Of a DNA stretch of 64,000 nt, positions 56,004 to 64,000 are shown one piece after another. Each line of letters starts with the position of its first letter. Positions within the stretch are counted from its first letter, which is position 1. Origin of the DNA: Eledone cirrhosa (taxonomy: Eukaryota); contig OZ024740.1 in NCBI GenBank assembly GCA_964016885.1, positions 315,208,001-315,272,000 on the forward strand, given 5' to 3'. The notes beneath the pieces were generated by a model. That model had not been told where the DNA came from, made no database searches, and saw only the letters and a list, made by a program, of their open reading frames with translations. The translations under genes were made by a program, and so were the position numbers.

Positions 56004-57137
56004 TATGTATGAACCTTTCTTAGTTCACGTGTACTTTTTCAACATATCACAATGTTTTAGATTAAACTCTGCTATCTCCTACAACCAAAGACATGATAAG
56101 TGCAACCATAGCAATCACACAACTCCTACAACCAAAGACATGATAAGTGCAACCATAGCAATCACACAACTACTACAACTTCCAATACAAAAACTGCAAC
56201 CACAATCACCGCTACACTAACCATAGTAATATATGTTATTACCGTTTGACTCAACACGGTACATGACTGTTATTTATTTTATTTGACTTTATAGGTATGA
56301 TAAGCAAAGTTAACCTTGAGAAAATCTGAACAGAGATTGTAAATAGTTATAGTGAAATACTAAAAGGCGCTAAGCAAAGTTACATAGGGGTGCCGTTCTC
56401 TTACACGGCGTGTCTTGGGAATTTTAAACATGGCGGAGACCATCCCTTTCCAGATCGTAGCATAGATCATTTCTTCCAGAAAGAGGCAGAATCGATCTCG
56501 ATCCTGATCTGGTATTTTGTTTATCGACTTCGAAAGAATGAAAAGCAAAAAGCAAAATTGAACTCAGAGCGTAGTGAGCCGAAATAAATACCGAGGTGTT
56601 ATTAATACGACACCGTAACAGCTCTGCCAATTGGTCACCTTACTACCTATAAGAAGATAATCCGAAACAGCAGCGTTAATAATGCCTCAGCCAACGCACT
56701 AAAAGTGAGGGTCTCTATGCGGTTATACTACACGCTGCAAATAGTAGCCAACGTTCCTTCAAATCACGTTGCATGTTGTGGTCCTGCATGTGGTACGTTT
56801 AAAGAAAGAAGAAAAAAAAGGAAAATCACAGCTGGAAAGCCATTGATAATAGGTCGGTTCAATCTTAGATCTGACTTAGATGCTAAACAACAACACGCCT
56901 TACCCCCTGTTGTCTTTGAAACAAAAAGGGGGGAGGAGGGTACGGGGAGGAGGATTGTAGAAGTAAGAAAAAGAGAAGAGTTTGGCGTTAATTGTAAAAA
57001 TATTTTATTTCCAAATGTAAATATTATGTTGAGTATTTAATCTTTTGGGAATTATATCGGGATGTAATGCTTATATGCGGATCTCTTTAGCTAACATACT
57101 GACAGTTATTTTAGTACTGGAAACATAAGACCTCTAA

Positions 57138-60210
<3,073 letters not shown>

Positions 60211-60709
60211 GGTAAATAAATAAAGGCTACATCGTTAAATTTGACTTTTTTGCCTTGTTTCCCCTCGCCAGACTTTTCTTAGACTTTATGTAACCATTAG
60301 TGTCTTTCTTAAGGAATTCAGTCCTTATGTGATGGGAAACATGACAGCTCAATTATAGGTTTATGTACACTCATTACATACATACACGACTGCATACAAA
60401 TACATTTATGAAAGATAGATATGCGCGTGTCAAGTCAACTGGGAATACACCAAAGAGTCACTCAATTTGCTAGAAAACAGTAACAGCCAAAATATCTCTC
60501 AAGTCACACCAAACTGTATTTAAAAGAAAATTAGATATTAGATAATGCAATCTAATGTATCCATAAAAGATGCAGTGTTTACCTTCAGAATACAATTGAT
60601 CATAGATCTGTTCGTTCAGTGTTAACATGGGTGTGATCAACAATGTATGCATACGTTTGTATATGCATAAGAACAAACACACATACACACACATACACAC
60701 ACCACATAT

Positions 60710-60747
<38 letters not shown>

Positions 60748-60769
60748 CCACACACACATATATATATAT

Positions 60770-61047
60770 AACGAAGGAAATGTGGTAAGGAACCAGGTGG
60801 ACTATAACGCACCAAAGTACTCAATACTTAGGGTAGTAGAGTGGGTAATAGGAACGAGTAGGACCACGACGGCTGAGCTCAAGCCGTTTCGACGGCTAAT
60901 TCTGGACTAGTCCAGAATTAGCCGTCGAAACGGCTTGAGCTCTGCCGTCGGGGTCAAACTTTTTCCTATTACCCACTCTACTACCCTAAGTATTTAGTAC
61001 TCTGGTGCGTTATAGTCCATCTGGTTCCTTACCACAACTCCTTCGTT
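60770..61047. mobile_element. Fold-back family F: ~278-bp imperfect palindrome
   Basis: Two full arms about an ACTAGT centre (60907-60912); (TA)n on both sides. Confidence 0.9.
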
Positions 61048-61108
61048 ATATATATATATATATGTATATATATACACATGCATATATAGATTGTAAAGTT
61101 CAATATGT

Positions 61109-61151
61109 CTAAATGACTGGCAGTTTCATCTCTCGATTCATCAGACTGTAG
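61109..61151 (-). ncRNA. Minimal type I hammerhead ribozyme (H3)
   Basis: CTACAGT-CTGATGA-ATC-GAGA-GAT-GAAA-CTGCCAG-TC-ATTTAG; intact core, GNRA loop II, GUC triplet. Confidence 0.75.
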
Positions 61152-61524
61152 TTTATTTTTAACGCTTTGAAATACATAAGGGATGTATGTTCTTCTCTGA
61201 AGAACATATAGTAAATGATAATTATAATATTGGGTTTGGTTTAGCTTTCGGGTGTTGTTGTTATTCACTTATTCATTGGGAACGATAGTTTATATGGACG
61301 TTGGTGCGTAGAGTGTACGAATGTGGGTATATGGCGGCGAGGTGAGGTGCAGACGGATATTGTGACATACATATTTACATGTTTGTATGGAGAAAGAGTG
61401 AAAGATGGAAGTGAGAAAGAAAATACATCTAATATAAATACACTCCTTTTCAAAAGAATGTATTCCATGACAATGACTTTCATACATCTTAAAATGTTCC
61501 AAATTCTTTAGATTTCACAATATG

Positions 61525-61584
<60 letters not shown>

Positions 61585-61923
61585 CAAAATGAACCACTGG
61601 CAGACGATATGAACAGCTATTAGAATAATCTTATCTAAATTACCGAATCTCCACTTTGTTCACGAACTACTTGCATTTTATACAAAAGAACATTTATATC
61701 AGTTATTTGACATTTCTCATGCATTGTTCTGCCTTCATTTGCTTCTCCCCACCACCATCACCATTGCCGTTTCGTTTGCATTTTTCATAATACCGTAAAA
61801 GGATTCAGTGTACATACATTCCCATAAACACAATTATATAATTGTATATACACTTATAACGCATACGCACGCAGGCACACAAACATACATTCATATATAT
61901 GTGTGTGAGTGTATATATGTATG

Positions 61924-61969
<46 letters not shown>

Positions 61970-62493
61970 CATACACAACAGACAGATATATACACACACA
62001 CGAACATAAATATATGTATATATATATATACATACATACATACATACATACATACATACATACATACATACATACATACATACATACATACATACATACA
62101 TACACATAAACACAGCATGTTGACATCTGGAGAGAGGGGGAGAGAGAAGAAGAGGAGGAGAGAGAGAGAGGAAAAAGTGGTTTGACTACTTCTTTTCAAA
62201 CTGACCGGATGGTCGACATTTTCAGGTGATCGTCTGCGAGTTGAATATTGAATATTCATTCAATTCTGTTCAATGAATACAAAGGGCTTTTACAATAATT
62301 TCGGTGAGTGAGGAGAATTCCTGATAAAATTTAATCAATTCTGTTATCGTAATATAGCTTCGATCTACACACAATACACAATACATTTTTTTTTTTTTTT
62401 TTTTTTTTTCATTTTTTTATCGGATCGGCACCCTGTGGGAGGTCTCGAAAACGAGAAAATGTGTGATATATTCTACATTATTATTACTACTCG

Positions 62494-62705
62494 GTGGATT
62501 GGCAGTATCGTGGAGCGTCGGACAACATGCTTTTCAGCATAGAGTTACGGCCCTTAATGTTCTGGTTTCAAATCCCGCCGAGGTTAGCTTTGCCTTTCAT
62601 CCTTACGGGGTCGATAAAATAAAGCACCAGTAATGCAGTGGGGTCGATTTAATCGACTTTCCCCTCCCCCCAAAAATTGCTGGCCTTGTGCCTAAATCAG
62701 AAACC
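62494..62705 (+). mobile_element. SINE family C, full length
   Basis: Head ggtggattggcag through tail gctggccttgtgcctaaa. Confidence 0.9.
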
Positions 62706-63319
62706 CTTATTATTATCATTATTTCTCCAATTGATGGATTCTCAACATTTTCGTCTTTAGCGATGTCTTAAAATGTTTCACAGCTTCACAAGACTTGGAT
62801 TTTTCTGTAAAATACAGTTATAAACATTATAAAATAAACACTACTAAGAAAGAGGCACTCCACCTACAAAATATCAGTCTATGGTTACGGTTATTTTTGT
62901 TGCTGATGTTGATGATGATGATGATGATGAGAACGATGATTATGTTAATATGTTATTATTGTTGTTGGTTTTTTCACGTTAGTTGTATAAATACGTTCCT
63001 TTTTATTTTACCGTTTTTTTTTCAAATGTATGCCAAATAAAAAGAAACAAAAATGAACTTCAAATTATTTGAAGAAAATGTTTTATTTACTTTATTCTAC
63101 TTTCTGTTGTTGTTTTTTTAAAGTTGTTATATTTCTGTGGTCAAGATACTATATGAAAATGTTGTGTTGCTCTAGTTAATGTCATTATATTTTTGTGGTC
63201 AAGATCACGAATACAAGCGGCTGAAATGGAATTCCTCTGAAATGGGGTTTCTATCTTCAGTTCGGTATTCGCGCCAACCCTTATGGTCATGAAACTTAGG
63301 TAATGACCAAAAGAATATG

Positions 63320-63690
63320 ATCTCGAATACAAGCAACCAAAAGGTCCTTGGAGTAATGTTACTTAATAGAGTGCGTAGCTCGAAGATCAGAAAGTCACTC
63401 CAAGTAGAGCTGCTACTTCTCCGAATTGAGAGATCACAGCACCGATACTATGGACATGTGGTTAGAATGTCTCAGGAAAGAATGGCTGGACAGACTTTAC
63501 GGGCAAAACCAACAGGTAGGAGACCCAGGGGTAGCCCTCGAGCAAGATGGTTGAATAACGTCCATGAGTTCGGCTGGTCTCGCTTAGGATTCGGCCGGAT
63601 CACTTGGAGAAGGTTAATACTGACAGGACCTGCTGGAAGGAGTTTTTGAGGGCTCTGCCCACGACCATCTCAGGAATATGTAGAAGAAGA
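63320..63690 (+). mobile_element. RTE-clade LINE 3' fragment
   Basis: RVRSSKIRKSLQVELLLLRIERSQHRYYGHVVRM..PTGRRPRGSPRARW, an Expander/Rex3-like C-terminus. Confidence 0.85.
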
Positions 63691-64000
63691 AGATATCTTT
63701 TGAGAAGTTGATTTGCTATAATCAGTCTCGTCGTAGTCATTGTTGTTGTTGTTGTCGTCGTTGTTATTGTTATTGTTGCTACTATTGTTGTTATTGCTAC
63801 TATTGTTGTTATTGCTGCTGCCGCTACTGCTGCTGCTGCTGATTCTGATGCGGCTTCTGATGCTGCATGAATGAGACTCGGTAGAAATACTCCAGTGACT
63901 ATACTTGCTTTCTTGCTGTCTAGCGTCCGTCCACGAAGAATGGAATTATATGAAGTACTGGTCATATAAACAATGTCTGCGTTGCTACGAACCAATCTAT

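Overview
This is repeat-dense animal genomic DNA, most likely from an octopus; that is an inference from the SINE families and the extreme (TA)n/(TATG)n/(CA)n load. Nearly all long ORFs in the track are microsatellite artefacts. Supportable content: (1) the terminal coding exon of a group III secretory phospholipase A2-like gene on + (46348-46546); (2) two large disrupted LINEs on - (Tx1/L1 clade 13501-17125; CR1-like 51610-54922) plus RTE and CR1 fragments; (3) about 20 tRNA-derived SINE copies; (4) two Penelope-like element (PLE) GIY-YIG endonuclease remnants; (5) many short inserts, mostly inside (TA)n tracts, that carry type I hammerhead ribozyme cores, fold-back inverted repeats and a shared TTGAGTRC motif. 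Among these are a family with compensatory stem changes, a back-to-back hammerhead pair, a family with a non-canonical CAGAAGA core, and a 278-bp palindrome. A 3.6-kb triplet-phased satellite (8623-12270) lies between plausible splice sites and could be a Pro-rich exon. All calls were made by eye; no database search was run.
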